Assembly: GCA_964487465.1 (NCBI GenBank)
Contig: CAZAQI010000001.1
Span: 1,768-65,767, forward strand
Direction: 5' to 3'
DNA length: 64,000 bases
Origin: an uncultured Candidatus Bathyarchaeia archaeon
GTDB lineage: Archaea; Thermoproteota; Bathyarchaeia; TCS64
Positions 27,572-37,254 of the stretch are shown piece by piece (within the stretch, counting starts at the first letter, position 1; every line of letters starts with the position of its first letter). Under the pieces are notes generated by a model. The model made no database searches. It was not told the origin of the DNA and worked only from the letters and a program-made list of their open reading frames with translations. The position numbers and the translations under genes are program-made.

Positions 27572-28080
27572 TCTAACCTATCATAGCGGACCCATTTTTC
27601 TTGAGCTAGATCATAGACCCAGACCTGTCTAGGTTTTTTCATAGCTAATTGTTTTAAGGAGAATAGCTTAGCGGCCGCGTCTCTATCCGGGAAGGCGATC
27701 TGTCCAGTGCAGTTATTCACGAGTTCAACGGCTGCGGGGCAGTTCATGTCTACACCGAGAAGTACACCCTCCTCTGGGTCGGGGTCTAGGCTGAAGGGGA
27801 ATTGTCTACATGAAGCGGGTCTGGTGTCGTATATTTTACACATGTTTTCCGCTAGATGGGGGCAGACTGTTTCTGTTAACTGATAAGCAAGTATCGTGAA
27901 GTTTACGCTGTCCGGGTGTTTACCTGAGCCGAGATATGGCTCTATGGCTTCTTCTCTGAAGAGTTCTGTTTCCTCTGGGAGAAGAGTTAAGCCACGGAGT
28001 ACTCCATGGTCTCTGAAGACCAGATCACGGCAACATTTTCCACATTGTTGACAATTGAAACTCATAGATGCATGTATCAT
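27568..28080 (-). CDS. YkgJ/UPF0153 family zinc- or iron-chelating protein (CxxCxxCC)
   Basis: NCQQCGKCC at the N-terminus, plus additional Cys residues (CPHLAENMC, CRQFP). Confidence 0.55.
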   Translation of the reverse strand: MIHASMSFNCQQCGKCCRDLVFRDHGVLRGLTLLPEETELFREEAIEPYLGSGKHPDSVNFTILAYQLTETVCPHLAENMCKIYDTRPASCRQFPFSLDPDPEEGVLLGVDMNCPAAVELVNNCTGQIAFPDRDAAAKLFSLKQLAMKKPRQVWVYDLAQEKWVRYDRLD

Positions 28081-28177
28081 GTTTAGGGTCGTGTATAGGG
28101 TTTAGTATACGAAACCCGTGAAGATTAGACAAGCCTAAAATATTAAAGAGAAGGTATAGATGCGTTAGGAGAATCAA

Positions 28178-28936
28178 TTGAACCTACTAATTCCAATAAT
28201 TCTCAGCACGATAGCGGGGAGCGCTACAGGAATCGGTGGACTCATAGTACTACGATTCGGGGATATCAGCGATAGAAAGATGGGGTTCCTTATGGGGTTT
28301 GCCGGTGGAGTTATGTTGGTTGTTAGTTTCATCGAACTTTACGCGGAGGCTATAAGCGTTTTATCTCCGTGGAAAGTTACTCTTGCATTCGCAGCGGGAA
28401 CACTGTTTATGATGGGTATAGACTTAACTCTCCCCCACATCGAATTCGGCTTATGGGAAGAAGGGATACAGGACCGTCATTTGTTCAACAGTGGTTTGTT
28501 GATAGCGGTTGGGATGTCGATTCATAACTTGCCTGAAGGTATAGTGGTCAGCGCTGGTTATGGGCATATACCAGAGCTGGGCATCCTTGTAGCCATAATG
28601 ATCTGTCTGCACAATATCCCTGAAGGCATAGCCACGGTTAGCCCATTAATTAACGCTGGGGTAAATAAGTGGAGGGCTGTGGGTCTCGCTACATTGAGCG
28701 GATTAATGGAAGCTGTGGGGGCGTTAATCGGGGTTGTCATAATCGCAGGCGCGGGTATGAATATTATTGGCTGGGGTCTAGGATTCGCTGCGGGGGTAAT
28801 GACCTATGTGACCATCGATGAGTTAATCCCTATTGCTCATGAATACTGTACACTTGACCACAAACACATGGTTTCTAGTGGTTTACTCTTGGGAATGTTA
28901 TTCGCCATGATTCTTGGACTAGTTCTTCACGTTTAG
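28178..28936 (+). CDS. ZIP family divalent metal transporter (ZupT-like)
   Basis: Duplicated HNxPEG signatures (SIHNLPEGIVV and LHNIPEGIA) in a polytopic membrane protein. Confidence 0.8.
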   Translation: MNLLIPIILSTIAGSATGIGGLIVLRFGDISDRKMGFLMGFAGGVMLVVSFIELYAEAISVLSPWKVTLAFAAGTLFMMGIDLTLPHIEFGLWEEGIQDRHLFNSGLLIAVGMSIHNLPEGIVVSAGYGHIPELGILVAIMICLHNIPEGIATVSPLINAGVNKWRAVGLATLSGLMEAVGALIGVVIIAGAGMNIIGWGLGFAAGVMTYVTIDELIPIAHEYCTLDHKHMVSSGLLLGMLFAMILGLVLHV

Positions 28937-30021
28937 AGGAGTCGGGGATTTTTAGTGAGTTGTTCGTAACCATCCTCCGTGACCACAACATTTTCCTCTA
29001 TCCTGACACCACCATAACCAGGTAAATATATTCCAGGTTCAACGGTGAATAACATCCCTGGTTTCAATATATCGACGCTGGTCTTGCTTAAAGATGGAAC
29101 AGGAAAACCACTTAATGGATGACCCAAACTATGAGGATAATCAGGGAACCCGTGATCCTTCAATACTTTTCTAGATATTTTATCCAGTTCCACGCATCTT
29201 ACACCGGGTTTGACATTGTCTATGACTGCCTGAACTGCTTCATCCATGGCTTTCAGCATCCGCTCTTTCTTCAAGTCTTCCCCCAAGAGATATGTACGTG
29301 TCTCATCAGCTGCATAGCCACTCACGGTTGGGCCCAAGTCTACTAACATGAACTCGTTTTTCTTTAACTCTCTGGGTGTAGGCCATCCGTGGCTGTAAGC
29401 TGATCTGGGTCCAGTTGATACTATTGTCTGGAAACTCAATGTCTCGGCTCCATGTCTCTGCATGGCATAATTAGCTTCAGCCGCTATCTCGGTCTCTTTT
29501 ACTCCAGCAGCCATTGCCTCTCTCGCTGCGCTGCATCCTATATCTGCTAGTTTGGAGACTTTTCTCTGATAGTGTATTTCCTCGGGGTATAGACCGAAGA
29601 AGACCTCGGGTATGATGGTGCCGGTTATATCTATTAGCTCTCCCTTCATCTCCTCCCGGTAGTACTCATAGTCGGAGTGATTCAGTGAGCCTAGATTAAC
29701 TCCTATCTTGGACCCGTCTTTCAGGTGTTGATTAGCGTACTCGGTTACATATTCACATGTTTTTTCTCTATTCTCGATGAGTTTGACGGGTAGCCAGCTC
29801 TCCTCCACTGTGCTGTTATAGTCTACACTGTAGACAAACAGGGCGGGGTTTCCATCTATAGGTATGATTAGCGCGGTTCCGCTAGTTGTGTCGGCTATTC
29901 GTTTGAATCTTGGCCCCATTCCCGGTCCACCATATAGCCACACAAGGTCTAGCTCCTGCTCAGTCATCTCATTCTTGAGGTGGTTGTACCGTTTTTTACA
30001 GAAATAAACGGGATCAGACAT
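28933..30021 (-). CDS. M24 family Xaa-Pro dipeptidase (second copy)
   Basis: DLGPTVSGYAADETRT, HGFPDYPHSLGHPLSG, FTVEPGIY. Confidence 0.8.
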   Translation of the reverse strand: MSDPVYFCKKRYNHLKNEMTEQELDLVWLYGGPGMGPRFKRIADTTSGTALIIPIDGNPALFVYSVDYNSTVEESWLPVKLIENREKTCEYVTEYANQHLKDGSKIGVNLGSLNHSDYEYYREEMKGELIDITGTIIPEVFFGLYPEEIHYQRKVSKLADIGCSAAREAMAAGVKETEIAAEANYAMQRHGAETLSFQTIVSTGPRSAYSHGWPTPRELKKNEFMLVDLGPTVSGYAADETRTYLLGEDLKKERMLKAMDEAVQAVIDNVKPGVRCVELDKISRKVLKDHGFPDYPHSLGHPLSGFPVPSLSKTSVDILKPGMLFTVEPGIYLPGYGGVRIEENVVVTEDGYEQLTKNPRLL

Positions 30022-30214
30022 AGAATATGATTCGTGGAATTGTTATAATAATCCATCCACAGCTCTACGATTTTATGAAAGGCAGTAATAAAACGAATAC
30101 TCCAATCAGGATTAGTAGCAAATAATATAATGCAACAAGGATTACCCCTAATAGAATGATCCTTTTTACCCATTTCCAGAGGTTCACAGAAGAAAAAAAG
30201 GTATTTGAGGTATA

Positions 30215-30910
30215 TTACTTTTGACAGGCATGAATAAAAGCCTGGAAGAGCTTGTTCATGTCTTCATTGTCCATATGCTCTGGATGCCACTGGACACATA
30301 GCTTCCATGGCTCGGATTCAATCTCCAACACCTCAACTACGTTATCCCCAGCCCACCCTGTTGCAGTGAACCCGGGAGCCGGGTCTTTACAGGCTTGATG
30401 ATGGAAGGTGTTAGTTAGCACCTTATCTTTTCCATATAATCTATGTAGCATTGACCCTTGTTCAAGTCGTACATGATGAGTGCCATACCATGCCTTAGCC
30501 TCCTGACGATGCTTCAACGGATCATCAATCTGGCTTCCAATATCCTGTATCAATGTGCCACCGGCTGCCGCGTTCAGGACCTGTAGTCCTCTACATATCC
30601 CGAACACGGGTTTAGGGCCATCCAAGGCTATCTTGGCTAGTTTGAACTCAAAGTCATCCCTCATGGGCTCGATGCCGCCCTGTTTGGGTAGGGGCTCCTC
30701 CCCATATAGTATAGGGTCCACATCTGGTCCACCTGTGAAAAGCACCCCGTCTACACTTTCGTATAGTTGCTGGTACTCTGCCTCGTATAAGGGCGGTATT
30801 ACTATGGGGGTTCCACCGTTTCTCTGGATAGCCTTGGCGTAGGCATCGGGTAGATTATATCTCTTATTTTCACTGCTAAATCTTGAGGTTATACCGATAA
30901 GCGGCTTCAT
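30215..30910 (-). CDS. class I glutamine amidotransferase-like / gamma-glutamyl-GABA hydrolase (PuuD, peptidase C26) family
   Basis: Catalytic Cys in GICRGLQVLN and downstream His (VQWHPE). Confidence 0.7.
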   Translation of the reverse strand: MKPLIGITSRFSSENKRYNLPDAYAKAIQRNGGTPIVIPPLYEAEYQQLYESVDGVLFTGGPDVDPILYGEEPLPKQGGIEPMRDDFEFKLAKIALDGPKPVFGICRGLQVLNAAAGGTLIQDIGSQIDDPLKHRQEAKAWYGTHHVRLEQGSMLHRLYGKDKVLTNTFHHQACKDPAPGFTATGWAGDNVVEVLEIESEPWKLCVQWHPEHMDNEDMNKLFQAFIHACQK

Positions 30911-30960
30911 AAGTGAGGATATGTATGACGGGATTTAACATTAATGAAGAAAAATGGATG

Positions 30961-31338
30961 CTAGTGATTTATCCTCATATCCTGTATGCACGGGGTAGGC
31001 ATCTCATGTATCCGAACATAAGACTTCAACATGTTTTCAAGAAACTGAATTGGCTCACCAATTGGTCCAAGCCTTTTTCTGTATGCCTCCCCATCGATGG
31101 TTAGAACTAGATTGGTGTTCGCTTCTTCTCCCACATCTAATTTACTGTAAGGGGCATCGAATTGGTTGTTGAAGCATCTTTCATAGTTGCCTCCACCTTG
31201 TATGAACTGTATTCCCTTGTTTGTGCATAAGAGGAATCCTCTCATGAAATCTATCCTACATTCATATGAACCTATGACCTCCTCATCTTCATCGAGTGGT
31301 TTCATTTGCTCTCTTGCAGCTTCGGGTAATTCAACCAT
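30961..31338 (-). CDS. hypothetical protein (125 aa)
   Basis: Clean ORF at the left edge of the AT-rich accessory stretch. Confidence 0.4.
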   Translation of the reverse strand: MVELPEAAREQMKPLDEDEEVIGSYECRIDFMRGFLLCTNKGIQFIQGGGNYERCFNNQFDAPYSKLDVGEEANTNLVLTIDGEAYRKRLGPIGEPIQFLENMLKSYVRIHEMPTPCIQDMRINH

Positions 31339-31551
31339 TTTGTATCATATTATGTAATGGTTTGAATCGTTATTATCAATGATACCTATACCGTATATAT
31401 GATATAGATACACTACTGAAGAAACAGTAAGAAAGCAAAGTATATACAACCAAAGAGCACAAACTCTTTCAACTATGACTAAAATCTAGTTAATGTGATC
31501 ATAGGAGTAACCATTAATGTTTAAGTTAGAGAGATTAAAGAAGGAATAATA

Positions 31552-31872
31552 ATGGTTCAACACCAAGTCAAGATTACAGTTATAAAATGTATAGAGCCTT
31601 CAATGATCTATGAACAGGTTCCCGTTAATACGGAAAATAACGTCCCTCATGTAGCCTGCCCAGTATTCAAAGAGGGGCAAGCTTTCTTTGCGGAGAGTAT
31701 GGGTACACCTCCCGAGGGGTTCTGCCCTAGTGCTTGGCATGATATTCTTGAATATGTTAGGGTCCTGCATCATGGAGGTAGTTTCTATCCATGGCTGGGG
31801 GAGAAGGAGATGATTAGATGCTGCACCGATGGATTAAGACCTGTAGTATTTAAACTAGAACGAATGGACTAG
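31552..31872 (+). CDS. TIGR04076-like small conserved protein (tentative)
   Basis: 106 aa with conserved Cys residues and the pattern ...CPVFKEGQAFF...GFCPSAWHDI...GGSFYPW...CCTDGLRPVVFKLER. This is reminiscent of the TIGR04076 family. Confidence 0.4.
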   Translation: MVQHQVKITVIKCIEPSMIYEQVPVNTENNVPHVACPVFKEGQAFFAESMGTPPEGFCPSAWHDILEYVRVLHHGGSFYPWLGEKEMIRCCTDGLRPVVFKLERMD

Positions 31873-31888
31873 AGAAGAAAGTTAGGGA

Positions 31889-32326
31889 TCAGAATCGGGG
31901 ATTAGTCAATAGATCATCTACTATTTCTTTGCTATAGCTGAGTAAAGACCCTAATGATCTAGCGATCTCTTCTTCCATCTCCTTCGTTAGTTCATCTTGT
32001 TTCATCAGAGTTTTTTTCCGTTCTTTTAACTGTAGGTACTCGTTCAGAGTCTCCTTGGAGTCAGCTAGATGGATAACTATCTTGTTTCTCGTAAACTCCG
32101 GGTTGAAGAGCAGGGTCTCCAAGAAATCGTTATCGGTATGCAAGGTGACTCCGTATTCCTCTGCGACGAGCTTCACATCATCTATTATCGCGTTATATTC
32201 TTCGGTGGTGAGTGGAGGACTAAGCCCTAATCGTTTAACACCGCTTCCCACCACCTCCGCGAAAGCGTAGATCATACCAAGGTTGTAGCTACGTTTATCG
32301 AGTTTATCTAGGTCGAGTTTAGGCAT
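31889..32326 (-). CDS. hypothetical protein (145 aa)
   Basis: Clean ORF; no family recognised. Confidence 0.4.
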   Translation of the reverse strand: MPKLDLDKLDKRSYNLGMIYAFAEVVGSGVKRLGLSPPLTTEEYNAIIDDVKLVAEEYGVTLHTDNDFLETLLFNPEFTRNKIVIHLADSKETLNEYLQLKERKKTLMKQDELTKEMEEEIARSLGSLLSYSKEIVDDLLTNPRF

Positions 32327-32603
32327 GATGAAGGGGATAGTTTCCAGAATTATTATCTTTTCCCCCCGAGGGTACTCATTTCTCGGTTATTAAAGATGGT
32401 ACCATAGGACATGATCAAATAGAGAACAAATAAGGGAATAGGAGTGATTTATTAGATAACTATACAGGTCTGGACCATAGAGAAACTGATATCACCTATT
32501 TTGAGAACATGAAACAAGTTAATTATTCATCTTGAACGATCGTTCCAGAATGTTCTAAGCTGTTCTTCATATAACAACACAACATTATTTCCCTGGATCC
32601 TAT

Positions 32604-32912
32604 TTGAGCTTAGAGTACTATCGACACTTCATTAGGAATTATAGTGATCGCCTCCGTCTTGAAGGTTTCACTGTGTTAAATATATTGGAGAACCCAGAGA
32701 GGATGCCAGTTTTTAACGGGGTTAAGCCGGAGATATTTGCTAGAGATGACAATCTAGAGCGTATTATAGTGGTGAAGGAGAAAAGAGATTACATAAAATC
32801 CAGGGATGCTCTTGAGAAACTCAAAAAATATGCAATATCTAATAAGTACACATCTTTCTGGGGATTTATCGTTAAGGATGATTCATGGAGCCTCGTGGAT
32901 AATATAATCTGA
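32604..32912 (+). CDS. hypothetical protein (102 aa, TTG start)
   Basis: ORF in the AT-rich stretch; the start is uncertain. Confidence 0.3.
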   Translation: MSLEYYRHFIRNYSDRLRLEGFTVLNILENPERMPVFNGVKPEIFARDDNLERIIVVKEKRDYIKSRDALEKLKKYAISNKYTSFWGFIVKDDSWSLVDNII

Positions 32913-32995
32913 TAGGAATAAGAGTCATTAAAATGAGTTTGAGTTATTCTAGCTAAGGTTCTTATCAGGTTACCTCAAAGAAATATTTGTAAATA

Positions 32996-34417
32996 TTGAG
33001 TAAACTAGGGTACGATATAATTGTAGAGACGTCAGAGGAATTCATCAACAGATCTCTAGAAAATATGCAGAAAGAGAAAATTATACCGGATATCATCCAG
33101 GGAAGATACCTGTTAGATGTACCAGAAATATTAAAAGAATACCAGAAACTCGACTATGAGATAACGCTAACAGAGCCATTAAGGGTAGACGCCCTGGCAA
33201 GCAGAAAAATAAAAATATTCTTTAATGCAGGGCTAAAAATCAGCTTTAACATCCTCCAAGTAAAAACCGGTGCCTCCGGAACAATCATGAGCAGACCAAT
33301 ATATAACAGGGCATCAAATCAACTTGAGCTAAAAATAAAGGAAATAAGACTGGACGAGATAAAATTACTTGAGTCGATAGAGTTACCCGGTTTTTTAGTG
33401 AACTCCATTAATGATATAATTCGGGGGGTTATCAAAAAAGGATTGTATGACCTAGATGTTATACCTGTTTCACCTATCGCTGGGAAACTAGACCTACCGG
33501 AGATGCCCCCTGGTAAGGAGAACCTTCTACGCCTTGGATTCAGTAAAGTCGAAGTACTTGATCATAACAAAGTATCAGTCGCATTTGATATTCAATTACC
33601 TGGAAACGGAGTCAAGACAAGTCAGGAAAACATCAACCTGAGAAATGATTTAGCGGTTGCAGTCTCTGATTCAGCAATGAAAAAGGTTCTGGAGTTCTGG
33701 TGGAAGAGGACTACTTACCCCAAAAGACAGGAGTTTACGGGTAGAAACAAGATAGATGATGTTGATGAGTTAATTGATTATTTCTCAAATTACAGTATCG
33801 AGTTGTTCCCTAAACTCTTCACCCTTGGCTTCGTGGAGCTTGACTGGGATCTTATCAATATATGGTTAGACTATTCTGGAGTGATTGAGGTCCGTAAACC
33901 AGCATTAACCATGGGGGAAGATAACATGAGGATTGAAGCCGATTCCATTGTGGACCTATCCGCTGTGCTGCGCATAGAACTGGACACAGCCCTTGAATTT
34001 GATACCAGCGGCCCCATTCCTGATATATTTACTCCATGGGAAGACGACAAGGTGGTAGGCAGAAGGCGACGGATCTTTGATACCTTGAGATATAATACGC
34101 GTCAGAAGCGTATAGAGCTTGTTAATGCGGAGTTAGGTCTTGTTTTGGATGATGAGCAGCATCTATTAGTGGAGATTAAGGACTTTGATCTTGATGTAGG
34201 GCTAAACTGGAGGATGCCCAGACGAGTAATGAAGCGGCTGGAGCGTAGCATCGAGAAAAAGGTGTTGAGGAGTTTTCCTAGAATTCCGTTGACGCCTTCC
34301 ATTATTAGGCATCAGCTGGAAGGGAGTGATCTATTATTTGATCTGGAAATTCAGTCGGTTACCCAGCTAAAGAATTCAATAGTCGTGAACGCTGATATCA
34401 AATATAGCGTTAACTAA
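32996..34417 (+). CDS. hypothetical protein (473 aa), no TM segments; beta-rich repeats
   Basis: Long clean ORF with lower GC than its surroundings, upstream of and co-oriented with the radical SAM gene. TTG start; the true start is uncertain. Confidence 0.5.
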   Translation: MSKLGYDIIVETSEEFINRSLENMQKEKIIPDIIQGRYLLDVPEILKEYQKLDYEITLTEPLRVDALASRKIKIFFNAGLKISFNILQVKTGASGTIMSRPIYNRASNQLELKIKEIRLDEIKLLESIELPGFLVNSINDIIRGVIKKGLYDLDVIPVSPIAGKLDLPEMPPGKENLLRLGFSKVEVLDHNKVSVAFDIQLPGNGVKTSQENINLRNDLAVAVSDSAMKKVLEFWWKRTTYPKRQEFTGRNKIDDVDELIDYFSNYSIELFPKLFTLGFVELDWDLINIWLDYSGVIEVRKPALTMGEDNMRIEADSIVDLSAVLRIELDTALEFDTSGPIPDIFTPWEDDKVVGRRRRIFDTLRYNTRQKRIELVNAELGLVLDDEQHLLVEIKDFDLDVGLNWRMPRRVMKRLERSIEKKVLRSFPRIPLTPSIIRHQLEGSDLLFDLEIQSVTQLKNSIVVNADIKYSVN

Positions 34418-34513
34418 GAGGAAATAGTCTCAATTTAGTTTTCTTGGGAAAATAGCTTATGAAGTGTTTAAAGCAGACCATTTAGACTATGGAGATAATC
34501 TAGGCGAACAATC

Positions 34514-35731
34514 TTGGCGATAAGATCTATCGTAGACCAGTTGGGTAAAAAGATAAAACAGATCGGGAAACCACAGGATAAGCCAAACAGGATACCGTAC
34601 ATGGTGGTCTGGAACTTTACCAATATGTGCAACCTCAACTGCAAGCACTGTTATCAGGATGCGAAAGCATTCGGGACACCGGATGAGTTGACGCTGGAGG
34701 AGAAAATCAATTTCGTTGACACTATGGAGGATGCTGGTGTAAAGGTCCCCATGATTAGTGGTGGTGAACCGTTGATTCATCCTGACTATTTTACGGTGCT
34801 GGATTATATGATATCCAAGGGCATGCACGTAGCTACCGCCACCAACGGCACAATGCTCACCAAGGATTTCGCAGCCAAGCTCAAGGAACACGGGTTAGCT
34901 TATATCGAGATCAGTTTAGACAGCGTAGACCCTGAGAAGCATGATGAGTTCAGGGGAGCCAAAAGCTCTTGGAAGAAGACAGTTAAAGGAATCAAGAACT
35001 GTGTCGAAGCAGGAATATTTACAGCAGTAGCCACAGTTTTCACGAAAGAGACTATCGACGAGGTTGATGCAATGCTGGACTTGGCAGCTGAACTGGGGGC
35101 ACAGAGGTTCATACACTTCAACTTCGTACCAACGGGTAGGGGAAAAGAATACGCGGAGAACGATCTTAGTCCAGAGGAACGTGAGATGGTACTCAGCAAG
35201 CTTTTCAAACGCCGTAGAACAATTGGACTAGAGGTATTGAGCACAGCACCCCAGTACGGTAGAGCTTGTCTAGAGGGAAGCCTCGGTAAGTATCTTGACC
35301 CCGACAGGCTCTATGTGGAGACAAAAGCGCAGAAGAGCGAGCAGTTCTACGTTCAGAGTCCAACACATTATAACACAATGAGCGACAAACACCAAGCAGT
35401 TCCTCTGGAGTCCTTGCAGGGCTGTGGTGCGGGTCGCCAGTTTGTATGTATCCAGCCAAATGGAGACATTAGCCCATGTATGTTCATCAAAAGTTGGATT
35501 GAGGGCAATATCCGTGAAGAACCTTTCTGGGATATCTGGGAGCGCTTCGCTACGTATCCTTGTTTCACTGATCGGGACGCCTTGGAGGATAACTGCGGCT
35601 CATGCCAGTTCAGATACCTCTGCGGTGGATGCAGGGCACGCGCCATTAACTATATCGGTGAGCCTATGGCCGCTGACAGCGGATGTATAAGAAATAAAGA
35701 TAAGTGGCTAAAAGAACAGGACTTAATCTAG
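34514..35731 (+). CDS. radical SAM protein with C-terminal SPASM domain (AhbD/NirJ-like or peptide-maturase-like)
   Basis: Radical SAM cluster motif CNLNCKHC (CX3CX2C). The SPASM region has seven Cys (CGAGRQFVCIQPNGDISPC...CGSCQFRYLCGGC). The alternative ATG start at 34601 (MVVWNFTNMC) is also plausible. Confidence 0.8.
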   Translation: MAIRSIVDQLGKKIKQIGKPQDKPNRIPYMVVWNFTNMCNLNCKHCYQDAKAFGTPDELTLEEKINFVDTMEDAGVKVPMISGGEPLIHPDYFTVLDYMISKGMHVATATNGTMLTKDFAAKLKEHGLAYIEISLDSVDPEKHDEFRGAKSSWKKTVKGIKNCVEAGIFTAVATVFTKETIDEVDAMLDLAAELGAQRFIHFNFVPTGRGKEYAENDLSPEEREMVLSKLFKRRRTIGLEVLSTAPQYGRACLEGSLGKYLDPDRLYVETKAQKSEQFYVQSPTHYNTMSDKHQAVPLESLQGCGAGRQFVCIQPNGDISPCMFIKSWIEGNIREEPFWDIWERFATYPCFTDRDALEDNCGSCQFRYLCGGCRARAINYIGEPMAADSGCIRNKDKWLKEQDLI

Positions 35732-37179
35732 TCTTCTTTATCCAGTATCATCATGGGCATCCGGGCACGGTCTGGTGTGCATACTAGGTCGTGGAGTAGC
35801 TCTGGTGTCTGATCATCCATCAAGCGGCGCATCTCCTCGGCGCATCCACGCACTTCTTCACCGGTCATCCTACGCACATTGGGCTCCAGTACGGGACCGG
35901 TTCTACCACATACTGGGCATTCTTCCAGCAATGTAACCATATCGCCTGTGATTATGGCACCAGGATAGCTGTTAGCCATAGGGTCGATGAAGGCAAAGCG
36001 TCCGGTTTCTCCGTATTCAAGCGGTTGGTTGTTCTCGTCAAGCACCATCGGGTAGACGAGGGTTGGCGGTAGGTGGAGGTAGTGTCCTTCCGGACACTGG
36101 ATGGCGTGCCAGTTACTCTCCACCATAGTGTAAAGGTCTATGTTGTTCTCAGGGGGGATCCCCAATACGCGCTCAGCTTTATCCCTGAACTCTTTCAGGG
36201 GGATCTCCTCTGTGTCGTGAAGCTTCCAGCCCCCACCTGTGATGATGGCGCCTCGTTCACCGAAATCGAAGGTTCTTCCATCTTCCTCCAGTTTATCGAA
36301 GACTCTCTGCATAATGAAGGGGGCTTCTGCTATGAATACTCTGTCTCCGGCTTTATCCCGTTCCTCTAGCCACTTGATTACGTTGCCTGTGATCTTGCGT
36401 GTGGTGCCCAATAGCTGCATGGCCGCAGCCATGACAGCGTCGCTGAGGCCACGTATGTCGCCGTTGCTGATGCGCATGAGCTGGGTTGTGATCTCCCTAT
36501 CTATGGCGTACTGGACATCAGTGTAGACATCATCCATTAATTTGACTACTTTGCCTACCCACATGTTGGTCTTTGAAGGGTTTGGTCCACAGAGGTAAGC
36601 ATAAGCTGACTCATCGTACCAGTATTCCAGCATCTCGCTGATACCCATCTTCCCTAGGGCGTACTGGCTACGCATGTATGTTTTCTGGTCTTTGGGTATG
36701 AAGCTGAATCTTCCACTGGTTCCGCTGCTGTATACTGGGCTCAGTCCCTTTTGACTGAATACGTCTATGAGTTCATCCATACTGGGACTCTTCTTAGTGA
36801 TATCAGGTTTCTCCACCTTGTTTATGCTTATGCTCAGGAGCCAGTTGACGAATTCCTTACCCTCAAGATAGGCCTTGAAGAATCTGTGGCTTATTAGAGG
36901 TACTTTGGGTAGGTCGTCACCTGTTTGTAGCTGGCTTGGTTTGAAATCGAATTCGTTACAGTAAATATGATACCATTTGCTGTTCTCGTACCAGTAGTTG
37001 AATGCATATTTGATCGCTTGTAGTCTCAGCTTATCCGCTTTCTCCATGGGGAGCTGGAATAGTGTTTCCACTCCGTACAGAGCTTCATCAACGGGGGTCC
37101 ATGATTCCCGTGGTGGGACATAGCCGATCTCATGCATCTTCTTCGTTGCCTTACTAACCATACTGGTTGACCACGGCAT
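35728..37179 (-). CDS. LuxE/PaaK-like adenylate-forming enzyme (acyl-protein synthetase family) with C-terminal zinc ribbon
   Basis: P-loop-like SSGTSGRFSFIP is typical of PaaK/LuxE adenylating enzymes. C-terminal CPEGH...CPVCGRTGPV and GCAEE contain cysteines. Confidence 0.6.
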   Translation of the reverse strand: MPWSTSMVSKATKKMHEIGYVPPRESWTPVDEALYGVETLFQLPMEKADKLRLQAIKYAFNYWYENSKWYHIYCNEFDFKPSQLQTGDDLPKVPLISHRFFKAYLEGKEFVNWLLSISINKVEKPDITKKSPSMDELIDVFSQKGLSPVYSSGTSGRFSFIPKDQKTYMRSQYALGKMGISEMLEYWYDESAYAYLCGPNPSKTNMWVGKVVKLMDDVYTDVQYAIDREITTQLMRISNGDIRGLSDAVMAAAMQLLGTTRKITGNVIKWLEERDKAGDRVFIAEAPFIMQRVFDKLEEDGRTFDFGERGAIITGGGWKLHDTEEIPLKEFRDKAERVLGIPPENNIDLYTMVESNWHAIQCPEGHYLHLPPTLVYPMVLDENNQPLEYGETGRFAFIDPMANSYPGAIITGDMVTLLEECPVCGRTGPVLEPNVRRMTGEEVRGCAEEMRRLMDDQTPELLHDLVCTPDRARMPMMILDKED

Positions 37180-37254
37180 AGTAGGAATCCTGTATAAAAA
37201 GGTAAACTGTTTTGACTCGTAACGGCTAAAGGATGCCGTTCCAGACTCAAGGGT

